Of a DNA stretch of 64,000 nt, positions 1-9,549 are shown in pieces (position 1 is the first letter of the stretch; each line of letters opens with the position of its first letter). The DNA is taken from NCBI GenBank assembly GCA_965208325.1, contig OZ242326.1, forward strand, positions 1,600,001 through 1,664,000, in the 5' to 3' direction. This stretch comes from Candidatus Poribacteria bacterium (GTDB taxonomy: Bacteria; Poribacteria; WGA-4E; PCPOR2b). Under the pieces are notes generated by a model. That model was not told the origin of the DNA, did no database searches, and worked only from the letters and a program-made list of their open reading frames with translations. The position numbers and the translations under genes were made by a program.

Positions 1-91
1 AACGAGTAAATGTATAAATATTAGTCGCAATGACTATAAAAGACTCAAATAGAACTGATACACCAAGAAATGCATGATTCGCCGTGCGTAG

Positions 92-486
92 TTTGGGTTT
101 TACCCGCTCTTACTCCCCCTTGTTAGTCGAACTATTACCATCATTTTAATGGAGGGTGCTAGAAACAGCGCTCAACCCAACCCGCAAGAATCATAAAAGA
201 CTATCGCCTTCCCTATTCGGTCAGTTGATCCTCTTCAGTATGAAGGGGAATAAAACAGAAAAATTCTCCCCCTTGCCAAGGGGGAGTTAGAGGGGGTCTG
301 TCAGACTGCCGTTTTAACCTTTACAAAAACTATCGCCTTCCCTATTCGGTCAGTTGATCCTTCGCTATTCGCTCAGTTGATCGTTGGGTTACGCTCCACG
401 TATTTTGCGATCCACGTCGCACATGAATCGGAACGGAACTTGACGTTGGACTGCCTATGGAATTACCCGCTTAACCCAACCTACAA
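92..486. repeat. Cluster of REP-like palindromic intergenic repeats
   Basis: GTTGGGTT...AACCCAAC(CTAC) inverted pairs at ~92-182 and ~383-484; hairpin CTCCCCCTTGCCAAGGGGGAG at ~266-286; direct repeat CTATCGCCTTCCCTATTCGGTCAGTTGATCC at ~201 and ~330. Related sequence recurs at 5015-5045 and 7337-7415. Confidence 0.75.
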
Positions 487-503
487 GAACTTCGAGATAA
501 TCA

Positions 504-653
504 TAGGAGTTACGCAGTTGATCGTCCAAGGGTTCGTAGTAGGGCAATTCATTGCCCGTTTCTACAAAATACAATATGTCAGGTCAAGGAAGTGAACGAC
601 CTGCCGGACGCGCAATAAATTGCGCTACTACAAACTGAACTGCGTAAGTCCTA
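504..653. mobile_element. 150-bp MITE with 16-bp TIRs and 6-bp TSD
   Basis: TAGGAGTTACGCAGTT (504-519) and AACTGCGTAAGTCCTA (638-653) are inverted, 15/16 match; TAATCA is duplicated at 498-503 and 654-659; there is an internal GTAG-type REP pair. Confidence 0.8.
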
Positions 654-720
654 TAATCAATTGCCTCCTGAAGGTCGGAAAGTTCTTTCATCCGGTAATC
701 GTGATAATTTATCATTGTCT

Positions 721-1642
721 CTAAGATCTGTAATAGCTATGCAGCAGTTTCATCGGGTCGATCTTTCGGTCGCGATAGACCTGTTTTAAGCCCGCGGTTT
801 CGTCGTAGCGCAGGGCGCCGTCGGTGAGGGTTTCCATCTCGTCAAGAAATTCGACGACGGAATCCACGTCTAGCTTAAATATCTTTCCGGGGCTTTTTGG
901 TGAATAGGCGATTTCACCCAGTGCTAGGGAGTTTCTATCGTCAAAATTAGACTCCCAGAATTCGGACAGTCCAGCGGCGAAAACTGCGGTCGGCAAGGAA
1001 TCTTTTGGGCCGCGATGAAACTGAAATGCCATTTCGTCGGAAAAATCGGAGATGAGGTTTAATTCAACAAGCGGACAGTTGAAAGTATCTTCCAAAACCG
1101 TCGACTTGGTTAGCCGAGAAGGAACGTAGGTGCGGAGAAAGCAATCGACATCGCGTTTAATCGAATTTTCTGCGGTATTTTTCGCTCCACTCCTTTCGGA
1201 CCAATCAATTAGATCTGAGGCAAATCTTTCCGTTTTGAACTCACTCTGTGCAAAAACTCCAAACGCCCAATACCACGTGGTTGCGCGGTTGGCGTTCGTC
1301 GCGAGTTGCGCGTGGATGTGCCAGAGGGTCGCGGTGTCCTCAAGGTATGGGTCGAATCCGTCGTCGGTGAAGATGGCGCTGTCGAGGGGGAGGCGGTTCA
1401 AAACGCGTGCGATCCGCCAGTGCGCGAATGTGTCCCGCAGTCATGCACCAGTGGCGAATGGAATGCACCATGTTTTTGCCGACGCCGAGCGTGATTGTGG
1501 CGCGGTCACTGGTGAAGACGGCGGGGTCATGTGTCACCGCGTCAACGCCTTTTTTGAGCCAGGTGTGACGGAACGGGAAGGTTTGGTGACCCGAGAAGGA
1601 GGGTTTGATTTTTTCCGGGGGAGTGTTTGAACTCTGCATCAC
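721..1642 (-). pseudogene. DUF4007 family (SspB-like) protein, frameshifted
   Basis: The N-part (1340..1642) has FSGHQTFPFRHTWLKKG...LGVGKNMV.SIRHW. The C-part (721..1401) has DPYLED..TLW.IH...LEDTFNCPLVELNLI...SPGKIFKL. The frames join at a C-rich run near 1385-1395. Co-linear with 45871..46788. Confidence 0.85.
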
Positions 1643-1764
1643 ATCATCCCCTGCGATATTGTGATTGACTCCATATCGGACTAGACATTGACGAAGGCGT
1701 TAACGCATTTCAGAATTTAGTGTTCGTCGCGTGTATTAGGCAAGTGGACGGTTTGGATATGGCG

Positions 1765-2103
1765 TTATAAATTGGCGATGGCGGCGCCTTCATTCGGGAA
1801 GATACCGGCGTGTTGGACTAGCCCCATGATTTTGAACGTCCGCTGGATTACCGGCGTCAAGCTGCAGAAGTGTACCACGCCCTCTTGTTGGTGTATCAAT
1901 TCAATAATCTCGATTAATATTGAGATGCCAATGCTGTTAATGAGCCGCGTTTGTTCAAGGTTAATGACAAGTTTGGTATAGCCTTCAGCGATGAGTTCTT
2001 TTGCCGTATCCGCAAGTTTCTCGCCGGAGGGGCCGTTCAAGTACCCCTCGGTTTGAATCACCGCATACGCGTCTTCTGTTCGCGTGACCAGATTGAATCG
2101 CAT
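1765..2103 (-). CDS. STAS-domain anti-sigma factor antagonist
   Basis: LVINLEQTRLINSIGISILI and RTFKIMGL motifs; adjacent to an anti-sigma kinase. Confidence 0.9.
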   Translation of the reverse strand: MRFNLVTRTEDAYAVIQTEGYLNGPSGEKLADTAKELIAEGYTKLVINLEQTRLINSIGISILIEIIELIHQQEGVVHFCSLTPVIQRTFKIMGLVQHAGIFPNEGAAIANL

Positions 2104-2134
2104 TTACCGTCACTCCTCGTTCGATGCTCCATCT

Positions 2135-2584
2135 TCAAGCGTTGGAGAACGCCTCACTATGAATCGGAGTCACTTTCCGCTTAATCATGGTTATGGTCGT
2201 TCCCTTATCGCTGCTTTCGATGCTGACTTCGTCCATCATGTTCCGGATAATCTCCAGTCCCCAACCGCGTTTCTTTAATCCGACCTCGCCGATTTTTGCG
2301 GGCTTGGCATGATCGAGCCGAAAGCCGACGCCGCAATCCGTAATTTTCAGTTCCAACTCATTATCCCTCATGATAAATTTTATGGAGACCCGGTTGTCCT
2401 CACTTTTGCTGTGCTCAAAGGCGTTAATGCAAGTTTCGATAATCGCGAGTTGAATCTCATCAATATCGTCTTCGTCAAAATCCATCATCTCGGCGAGGCT
2501 AAAGGCGGTTTGCGCGGCGGCGAGTTCAATGTTGGGAAACATTGGGATAATGAGAATGACTTCGCGATTGACTTGATTCGACAC
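2135..2584 (-). CDS. Anti-sigma factor Ser/Thr kinase (RsbW-like, HATPase_c_2)
   Basis: LAIIETCINAFEH, ITDCGVGF, RGWGLEII, GTTITM motifs. Confidence 0.9.
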   Translation of the reverse strand: MSNQVNREVILIIPMFPNIELAAAQTAFSLAEMMDFDEDDIDEIQLAIIETCINAFEHSKSEDNRVSIKFIMRDNELELKITDCGVGFRLDHAKPAKIGEVGLKKRGWGLEIIRNMMDEVSIESSDKGTTITMIKRKVTPIHSEAFSNA

Positions 2585-2615
2585 CCTAAAATCTCCTCAT
2601 ACAAGACATTACATT

Positions 2616-3323
2616 CTACTGATTCTCCCATTCCATGAAAAGAAACAGCGGAAACTGACGAAGTTTTTTTAACCGGGGGGCAACTTGTATCTGCTCATCC
2701 GTCGGAACGGGTTCATGAAAGCGTTTCAATCGAAATCCTAGGTCAACCAGCGGGTTAATAAAGTCTGAAAGCGGTTTGTGCCATCGCAGTACGGGATGAC
2801 TAAATTCGGTAGTAATATGTTCGTGCCAGACGCGTTGATTGAAATAGGACTGGCGATTTGTAAAGCGATCTGAAAAGCAGGGATGAAGAATGCTCATCAA
2901 CAGGTAACCGTCCTGCTTTAGGACGCGCCGCACTTCAGAAATACTCCCTTCGTAGTCCTCTACATCCATCAGACTCATAGCAGCGACGACGATTTCAAAC
3001 GAGTTTTCCACGATTCCGTCAAGATTATTGGCATTCCTCACCAGAAACTTAATTGAATTGTCCGAGCGCGCCTTTGCGATGTTAATCATCTTTTCACTAC
3101 CGTCAATTCCGGTGACATCTGCTCCCCGTTTCTTGAGTACGCGGCAATAACCTCCCTCGCCGCACCCCAGGTCGAGAATCCTCTTGCCAGACACGTCATC
3201 AAGCCGCTCAAGCGTAGCAGGCGTCAGAAACACATTGCGATAGTCGTTCGTTTCAACATGTTGCACCCAGTCGTCGGCAACTCTATCCCATGAGCGAATT
3301 GAACTGTCTACTCTCTTTAACAT
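2616..3323 (-). CDS. Class I SAM-dependent methyltransferase
   Basis: ILDLGCGEG motif I; start placed at ATG 3323 after a GAGG RBS. Confidence 0.88.
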   Translation of the reverse strand: MLKRVDSSIRSWDRVADDWVQHVETNDYRNVFLTPATLERLDDVSGKRILDLGCGEGGYCRVLKKRGADVTGIDGSEKMINIAKARSDNSIKFLVRNANNLDGIVENSFEIVVAAMSLMDVEDYEGSISEVRRVLKQDGYLLMSILHPCFSDRFTNRQSYFNQRVWHEHITTEFSHPVLRWHKPLSDFINPLVDLGFRLKRFHEPVPTDEQIQVAPRLKKLRQFPLFLFMEWENQ

Positions 3324-3376
3324 TTTTCCTCGCGGGCAGCCTCGCAGCAGTTGATACGGCGTTGCGTCTTGCGATA

Positions 3377-3405
3377 AATATATCATTGCTATTTGCGAAT
3401 GTCAA
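3377..3405 (-). promoter_or_regulatory. Sigma70-type promoter of the methyltransferase/anti-sigma operon
   Basis: TTGACA-17 nt-TATATT on the minus strand. Confidence 0.5.
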
Positions 3406-3477
3406 CGCCGAAATGTGATTTTAAACGCCGTCTATGTTGGGGCTAAGAACGATTGCTCATTTCGGTATGGCATAAAC

Positions 3478-3532
3478 TGTAGGAGGGACATCCCTGTCCC
3501 GATAATCAGGGCTAGGAAGCCCTTCCCACAGG
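3478..3532. repeat. Dispersed REP-like repeat (copy of 7484-7537)
   Basis: GGAGGGACATCCC(T)GTCCCGATAATCAGGGCTAGGAAGCCCTTCCCACAGG is nearly identical at both sites; a degenerate copy lies at ~9500-9532. Confidence 0.8.
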
Positions 3533-3682
3533 AGCTTCACAGCATGGTTAAGTCAAGAATGAGGGGAGAAAACCCGTACCCTATCCGACTTTGCGGCCTT
3601 GTGGGTAATAGTAAGCTTATGAGTGTGGACTTTTGAACTTATTGCATAAGTCCTATTCTTTAGTGACCGACTGATACAGGTT

Positions 3683-4819
3683 TCACGAGAGGACGACGAC
3701 CTGTCCGCTGGCTGCGGAGCGATAGCCTGCTGCAATGACGGCGATGGACTGCGCCGCCAACTCCGCGTTCATCTCGCTTTCTACCTCGGATTCGATACAG
3801 TCGACGAATGCACGGGAATCGTAATGCTGGGTACGTTCTACCGCGAAAGGAACCCACGGGCGTTTGGGCAGGGGTTTATTGACCTGCGTGCTGCGCCACA
3901 TGCTCATGGGATCGGCTGAAGGAGGCGGAGGCGGTTGGAAGGGCGGTTCATCCGCAAGAATTTCGAGCCGAGGCTGCCAAGCGTCAAAGGTCAACACCCC
4001 GCGGGTTCCGACCAGATGGAGACACTGCACGCCGCGGCTCATCCAGCCGATGCGGCCTCCCGAGATGGTGGCAGTGATACCGTCATCCAGCGTTAATACT
4101 AACGCACCGAGATCTTCGATATCGCGGGACAAGTGCTCCTCGAAGAAGTAGTTTGCCGTGGTTCCAAAGACGGCTTTTACCGATTTTCGGCTAAGCCAAT
4201 TCACCATAGTCACTGCATAGACGCCGATGTCAAACATTTCCCGCTTCGCCTCGACGAAGGTATAACGCTCAACATCTGGCTTTTCGATCCGTTTGCGGCC
4301 GACCGGTGCGGTGCCCGCGTTGCCTTTACCGAACAGGACATCGCAGTGGATGGCGCGCAGTTCACCGATTTCACCGTCTTCAAGTGCTCGCCGAGCGGCG
4401 CCCGCCCATCGGCTGTACACGTTGCTGAACATCTGGCTCCGGACGCCGGCGCGTTTAACCGCAGCGACAATCGCCTGTGCGTCTTCAACAGTTTTTGCAA
4501 GCGGCTTATCCAGGTAGAGGTGTTTACCCGCTTGAGCGCACTGGACAGCGACCCGGCCGCGCCGTTCGGTTTCGACGCAGACGCTAACGATGTGGACATC
4601 ATCGCGCGCTAGGGCTTCGCCGAGATTGCGGATATAGGGGATTTGCAATTCCTCTGCGAGCCCTCGATTGAGTCCGATACGCTCCGATGGGGCATCAGGT
4701 TCATCCGAAACGGCGATTAGGCGGCAGCGCGGATCTGCCGCAAACCCCAGGGCGTAATTTTCTTGGTGCGTCCGGAGTCCGCCGAGGAGTAGTACGCCGT
4801 ATTTTTCTTGGATTGGCAT
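3683..4819 (-). CDS. Gfo/Idh/MocA family oxidoreductase
   Basis: AGKHLYLDKPLA, GEIGELRAIH and DIGVYAV motifs. Confidence 0.9.
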   Translation of the reverse strand: MPIQEKYGVLLLGGLRTHQENYALGFAADPRCRLIAVSDEPDAPSERIGLNRGLAEELQIPYIRNLGEALARDDVHIVSVCVETERRGRVAVQCAQAGKHLYLDKPLAKTVEDAQAIVAAVKRAGVRSQMFSNVYSRWAGAARRALEDGEIGELRAIHCDVLFGKGNAGTAPVGRKRIEKPDVERYTFVEAKREMFDIGVYAVTMVNWLSRKSVKAVFGTTANYFFEEHLSRDIEDLGALVLTLDDGITATISGGRIGWMSRGVQCLHLVGTRGVLTFDAWQPRLEILADEPPFQPPPPPSADPMSMWRSTQVNKPLPKRPWVPFAVERTQHYDSRAFVDCIESEVESEMNAELAAQSIAVIAAGYRSAASGQVVVLS

Positions 4820-4875
4820 TTTTTGCAGACCTTTTTCGGAGTTTAACAGGTCGGGGCTTATATACGCAGTTTACT

Positions 4876-5672
4876 GGTCCGACGTTTTCTTCATAACGAG
4901 AGGTTAAAAAGCGTTGGGTTTCGCTACGTCTTGAAATTATCAATCGGCACGCACTACCGCAACTCAATAACACTATGGTACGCATTTCACCAAGACCGCT
5001 CTACCCAACCTACAAGACTATCGCCCTCCCTATTCGGTGGTTGATTTCTACCCAACCTACAAGAGCTAATTGTAGATTACTCACATCGTGCACAGGTCCG
5101 ATGTTTTCTTCATAACGAGAGGGTAAAAAGCGTTGGGTTTCGCTACGTCTTGAAATTATCAATCGGCACGCACTACCGCAACTCAATAACACTATGGTAC
5201 GCATTTCACCAAGACCGCTCTACCCAACCTACAAGACTATCGCCCTCCCTATTCGGTGGTTGATTTCTACCCAACCTACAAGAGCTAATTGTAGATTACT
5301 CACATCGTGCACAGGTCCGATGTTTTCTTCATAACGAGAGGGTAAAAAGCGTTGGGTTTCGCTACGTCTTGAAATTATCAATCGGCACGCACTACCGCAA
5401 CTCAATAACACTATGGTACGCATTTCACCAAGACCGCTCTACCCAACCTACAAGACTATCGCCCTCCCTATTCGGTGGTTGATCTCTACCCAACCTACAA
5501 GAGCTAATTGTAGATTGCGCACATCGTGCACAGGTCCGGCGTTTTCTTCATAACGAGAGGTTAAAAAGCGTTGGGTTTCGCTATGTCTTGAAATTTTCAA
5601 TCGTCACGCACTACCGCAACGCAATAACACTATGGTACGCATTTCACCAAGACCGCTCTACCCAACCTACAA
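4876..5672. repeat. Tandem array of a 219-bp REP-containing unit (~3.6 copies)
   Basis: Units start at 4876, 5095, 5314 and 5533; each has GTTGGGTTTCGCT...CGCTCTACCCAACCTAC; a few substitutions separate the copies. Confidence 0.95.
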
Positions 5673-5790
5673 AAACCATTCGGTCGGTTGATCTCTAGCC
5701 AACGTACGAGAACTGACGACTATTTCTCGCTTAGTCTCAATTGCTAGATTCAGACTGGATGTCGGACTTAGCGCGAGTGCAAAGTACCTG

Positions 5791-5823
5791 ACCCCCTCTA
5801 ACTCCCCCTTAGCAAGGGGGAGG
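5791..5823. repeat. Palindromic CCCCCTT..AAGGGGG repeat
   Basis: ACCCCCTCTAACTCCCCCTTAGCAAGGGGGAG; same family at ~266-296, ~7335-7356, ~7418-7448 and ~42050-42073. Confidence 0.75.
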
Positions 5824-5899
5824 ATTTACCGATGCAAGCAGCAACGTGCGCAAACTTTCCTCTTTACCATTACCGTTTTTTCAAAAACTCGGTTTCTGT

Positions 5900-6346
5900 C
5901 TAGTTGAATTCTACCGGGGTGTTGGTTTTGAGTGCCCTCTCTATCAGCGCTGTTAACTCCTCGCCGCCGCTGAATTCAATCGGCGGCTGCATGCGGCGGT
6001 GACGCTCAGCCGGCGTGTCATGATGGATTACGCCCTTATTTCCGACTAGCATTAGGTTTACGGATGCTTCACCCACTGCTGGGATACGGTTAAGGCTGAG
6101 CATGGCGGTCTGTCCTCCGGCATATTGAACCATCGCTGTCATCCGCGTTGCGGCTGATTTATCCGGAATGTAAATGCGTTCCGGTTCGGACGGCATCCAA
6201 GTGTTTGCGACGGCAGCCACAGCCGCCATGCTACTCACAACACTTCCGCCGGTTAACGGGATCTGCACCATACACCGCAGGAATACCGGGCTGCCAATTC
6301 GCCCTTCGGCGATTACCGAGCTAACGGATTGTTGAAGTAATTTCAC
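5900..6346 (-). CDS. Hypothetical protein resembling the C-terminal half of Gfo/Idh/MocA enzymes
   Basis: IAEGRIGSPVFLR and LMLVGNKGVIHH motifs; GTG start after GGAGAGG. Confidence 0.6.
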   Translation of the reverse strand: MKLLQQSVSSVIAEGRIGSPVFLRCMVQIPLTGGSVVSSMAAVAAVANTWMPSEPERIYIPDKSAATRMTAMVQYAGGQTAMLSLNRIPAVGEASVNLMLVGNKGVIHHDTPAERHRRMQPPIEFSGGEELTALIERALKTNTPVEFN

Positions 6347-6638
6347 GATCCGACCTCTCCCGTTGAACCTTCCCACACGCTGAAATGCTTAACGACACTT
6401 GACGGCGTTGGGCGTTTGTGTTAAACTTCCGCAATATATAGTCACTTGGAGCTTGTTTGAATAATGGGTGACAAAGCCATTCTTGGGCGTTTAAGTTGCT
6501 ATAATCTGTCGCCCCGCTGGGGCTTTGGATGTATGGTGAATTGACGTTTCTACACACCTATCGCCCCGCCGGGGCTTTGGCTTAAGACAACTGGTGCTGT
6601 ATAAAATGAATTTTCAGACAGGTTCTTAATCATTATAT

Positions 6639-7097
6639 ATGGAGACAGAATTTATGCGCGGAAAAACCTTGGAACAACTTGTTTCTGAAGCTAAGGCGAA
6701 CATCGGACGTGTCTCCGATGAGGAACTCAAGTCGGCTATCGAAAACGACGAGCCGATTGTAATTTTGGATGTTCGCGACAAAGACTTGTATCTAGCGGGA
6801 CATCTTCCCGGCGCGATTTCACTTCCACGCGCCGGCATTGAACTCGATATTGATGAGGTTGTGCCTGACCAAGATACGAAGGTGGTCACGTATTGCGGCG
6901 GCGAAACTCGCGGCTCTCTGTCGGCGCATACCCTTCAAATCATGGGGTACGAGAATGCGTCTGTGTTGAGCGGTGGATTTCGAGGTTGGAAATCTGCAGG
7001 GTTGCCGCTTGAAAATTCCGTGGTGACAAGCGGACCTCAAAACTGGACACCTCTAGAATTGGCGGCTGAAGAGGAAGGCAGTCAGGATCCATCCTAG
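6639..7097 (+). CDS. Rhodanese-like domain protein
   Basis: ILDVR, GHLPGA, YCGGETRG, LSGGFRGW motifs. Confidence 0.9.
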   Translation: METEFMRGKTLEQLVSEAKANIGRVSDEELKSAIENDEPIVILDVRDKDLYLAGHLPGAISLPRAGIELDIDEVVPDQDTKVVTYCGGETRGSLSAHTLQIMGYENASVLSGGFRGWKSAGLPLENSVVTSGPQNWTPLELAAEEEGSQDPS

Positions 7098-7579
7098 ACG
7101 CAAAATGCCTACACCCGCACCCCTTATACCGCGTCTTGTATTCAATGCGATCCCATCAGTTGACATCATTGCCCCTTAATCCGACAATACCGCCTTAGAT
7201 GGACTTTAGAACGAGTTATCGCTGTGAGGGAGTATATCATAAGGTTGCTGTGGCAGACAACGCCTATTCTGGCGTGAATGTCCACAAGCTTTAGCAGTCA
7301 AGCTAATAGCGGATTTAAAACAAAACACGAAACACCCTCTAACTCCCCCTTAGCAAGCGTACTATTATCCACAGCTTAATGAGGGTGCTAGAAACAGCGC
7401 TCAACGCAACCTACAACCTCCCCTAACCCCTCCTTGGTAAGGAGGGGAATGATTATGGTAATGAATCGACAAGACATCCCCGCTGTGGGAGGGACATCCC
7501 GTCCCGATAATCAGGGCTAGGAAGCCCTTCCCACAGGTGAAAACCACAGAATATTTGTGTGTTGGTAAAGGAATTACAG

Positions 7580-8602
7580 ATGTTGAAACGGCTGATGCTG
7601 GTTTTACTCCTCACGATTACTTTGTTGGGTTGCGGCAGTGAGCAGAAATCGCTCCATGTCTTCACGTGGGCAAATTACGTCGGTGATGAGATTAGAACGG
7701 GATTCGAGAAAGAATTCGGCGTGCGGGTCGTTGTCGATGTGTTCGCGAGCAACGAAGATTTGCTGGCTAAATTGAAATCGGGCGCCTCCGGTTACGATGT
7801 TATAATGCCGTCGGATTATATGGTTGCGATAATGGTCAAAGAGAACCTGCTATCGCCTCTGGATTTGTCCAAGATCCCGAACTTCAATAACATTAGCGGG
7901 CAGTTTCTGAAACGGGATTTCGATCCGGAAAACCGGCATTCCATTCCGTACACGTGGGGAACAGCGGGCATCGGTTACGATTCGTCCGTTGTTAATCCGC
8001 CGCCCGACAGCTTGTCTACGCTGTGGGACAAGCGGTACAGCGGCAGGTTTAGTATGCTGGACGATCAACGCGAATCCATCGGCGCAGCGCTTAAACTGTT
8101 GGGGTATTCCGTCAACAGCACCGATCTCAGTGCGCTCGCCGAAGCCAAGGCGAAGATAATTGAGCAGAAACCGATGGTCAAACAGTATAAGAACGAGGCG
8201 GACGAAATTCTAGGCTCCGGTGATGTGGTGATGGCGCACTGCTGGAGCGGCGACGCCTTCCGAGCAGCCGCCCGACGTCCAAGTATTAAGTATGTGATTC
8301 CCAAAGAGGGCGCAACCCAGTTCATTGACACCGTCTGCATTCCGGCATCAGCACCGAATAAAGCGGCCGCAGCACTGTTTATCAACTATCTACTTCGTCC
8401 GAAGATTAACGCGAAGGTTACCGAATTTACAAAATACGGCACTTGCGTGCCCGCGGCGCGAGAACACCTGCCCGATGCGCTGCGTAATCATCCCGGCATC
8501 TACCCCCCGGAGGAAGTTTTAAATAAGCTTGAATCGCTGAGGGATCTTGGAGAATTCACTCGGAATTACGATCGGGCTTGGACCGAGGTCAAGGCGAAGT
8601 GA
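7580..8602 (+). CDS. potD: Spermidine/putrescine ABC transporter substrate-binding lipoprotein
   Basis: Lipobox LLGC; FTWANY, YDVIMPSDYMV, IPYTWGT, YVIPKEG motifs. Confidence 0.88.
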   Translation: MLKRLMLVLLLTITLLGCGSEQKSLHVFTWANYVGDEIRTGFEKEFGVRVVVDVFASNEDLLAKLKSGASGYDVIMPSDYMVAIMVKENLLSPLDLSKIPNFNNISGQFLKRDFDPENRHSIPYTWGTAGIGYDSSVVNPPPDSLSTLWDKRYSGRFSMLDDQRESIGAALKLLGYSVNSTDLSALAEAKAKIIEQKPMVKQYKNEADEILGSGDVVMAHCWSGDAFRAAARRPSIKYVIPKEGATQFIDTVCIPASAPNKAAAALFINYLLRPKINAKVTEFTKYGTCVPAAREHLPDALRNHPGIYPPEEVLNKLESLRDLGEFTRNYDRAWTEVKAK

Positions 8603-8647
8603 CAACGTCATGGGATTTTGTTCTGAGTGAAATCGCCTTGAATAGCC

Positions 8648-9463
8648 TTATGACCTGCATTCCTCGGCATGAATAACTTCCCCTACCAAAAACTTCCGGA
8701 CACATCCGTGTTCATCTCGTATCAGGAGCCCGCCATCTTGAGCGATTCCCTCATCTTTACCCTCAATAATCTTAAATGCCGTTTGAACCTTTACGCCTCG
8801 CCCAATCGTGGCTGAGAGCGTATTTGCACGCGCGATTAAAGATGCAACTTCGCCGTTTTTCAGGTGCAGATAGTATTCTTCCAGCCGATGCAAAACGGTT
8901 TGGATCAGTTCGACACGAGAGAATGCCGTTCCTGTTTCGATACGTAAGGACGTCGCGGAAGCCTGTAATTCCTGCGGAAATTCGGTAAGTATTGTGTTGA
9001 CATTGACGCCGAATCCCATGACCAGGAAGGGTTGCCGCTCCTGATCATACTCCAACTCTGTCAAGACGCCGCTCAATTTTTTTCCGCGGATGAGCACATC
9101 GTTGGGCCACCGAATCGCCGCGTCGAGATTTGTCAGTTTGCGAATTGCCGCGGCAATGGCGGTAGCACCGGCGATGCTGGGCAACCCTATTTGGTTCGCC
9201 AACAGCCGATGCCGTAGGATTAGCGATGCGAGGATACTTGAACCGGGCGGCGCGTGCCACCGCCTCCCGTGCCGTCCGCGGCCGGCGATTTGGCTTTCTG
9301 CCAAGATTAGCGTCCCATCCGGGGCGCCCTCAACCCCGTGTTTTCGAGCAAGATCATTTGTCGATTGAACTTCGCCGTAACTTTCAATCTCGCGCCCGAC
9401 GGTTTGGGTTCGGAGTCCCTCCTGGATTTCAGATGCCGTCATTTTCATCGCTGCTAAGGTCAT
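8648..9463 (-). CDS. birA: Biotin--[acetyl-CoA-carboxylase] ligase
   Basis: STND, AESQIAGRGRHGRRW, WPND, KKLSGVLTE, GVNVN motifs; no N-terminal HTH. Confidence 0.92.
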   Translation of the reverse strand: MTLAAMKMTASEIQEGLRTQTVGREIESYGEVQSTNDLARKHGVEGAPDGTLILAESQIAGRGRHGRRWHAPPGSSILASLILRHRLLANQIGLPSIAGATAIAAAIRKLTNLDAAIRWPNDVLIRGKKLSGVLTELEYDQERQPFLVMGFGVNVNTILTEFPQELQASATSLRIETGTAFSRVELIQTVLHRLEEYYLHLKNGEVASLIARANTLSATIGRGVKVQTAFKIIEGKDEGIAQDGGLLIRDEHGCVRKFLVGEVIHAEECRS

Positions 9464-9549
9464 TTAGGTTCAAAATTTGCACAATGAGAAATCGACTCAT
9501 TGATAATCGAGGCTGGGAAGTTTCTCCCACAGACCAATGCGTTTCGGGG

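Noticed and set aside
4701..5423. Repeated 64-94 aa ORFs (MRTIVLLSCG...) as peptide genes
   Set aside because: By-products of the repeat unit; GTG start without a clear RBS; they span REP palindromes.
4876..5672. CRISPR array
   Set aside because: Whole 219-bp units are repeated with no unique spacers, and no cas genes are present.
8648..9463. Inactive BirA (RWPND instead of KWPND)
   Set aside because: Conservative change; GRGR and the catalytic Lys motif are intact.
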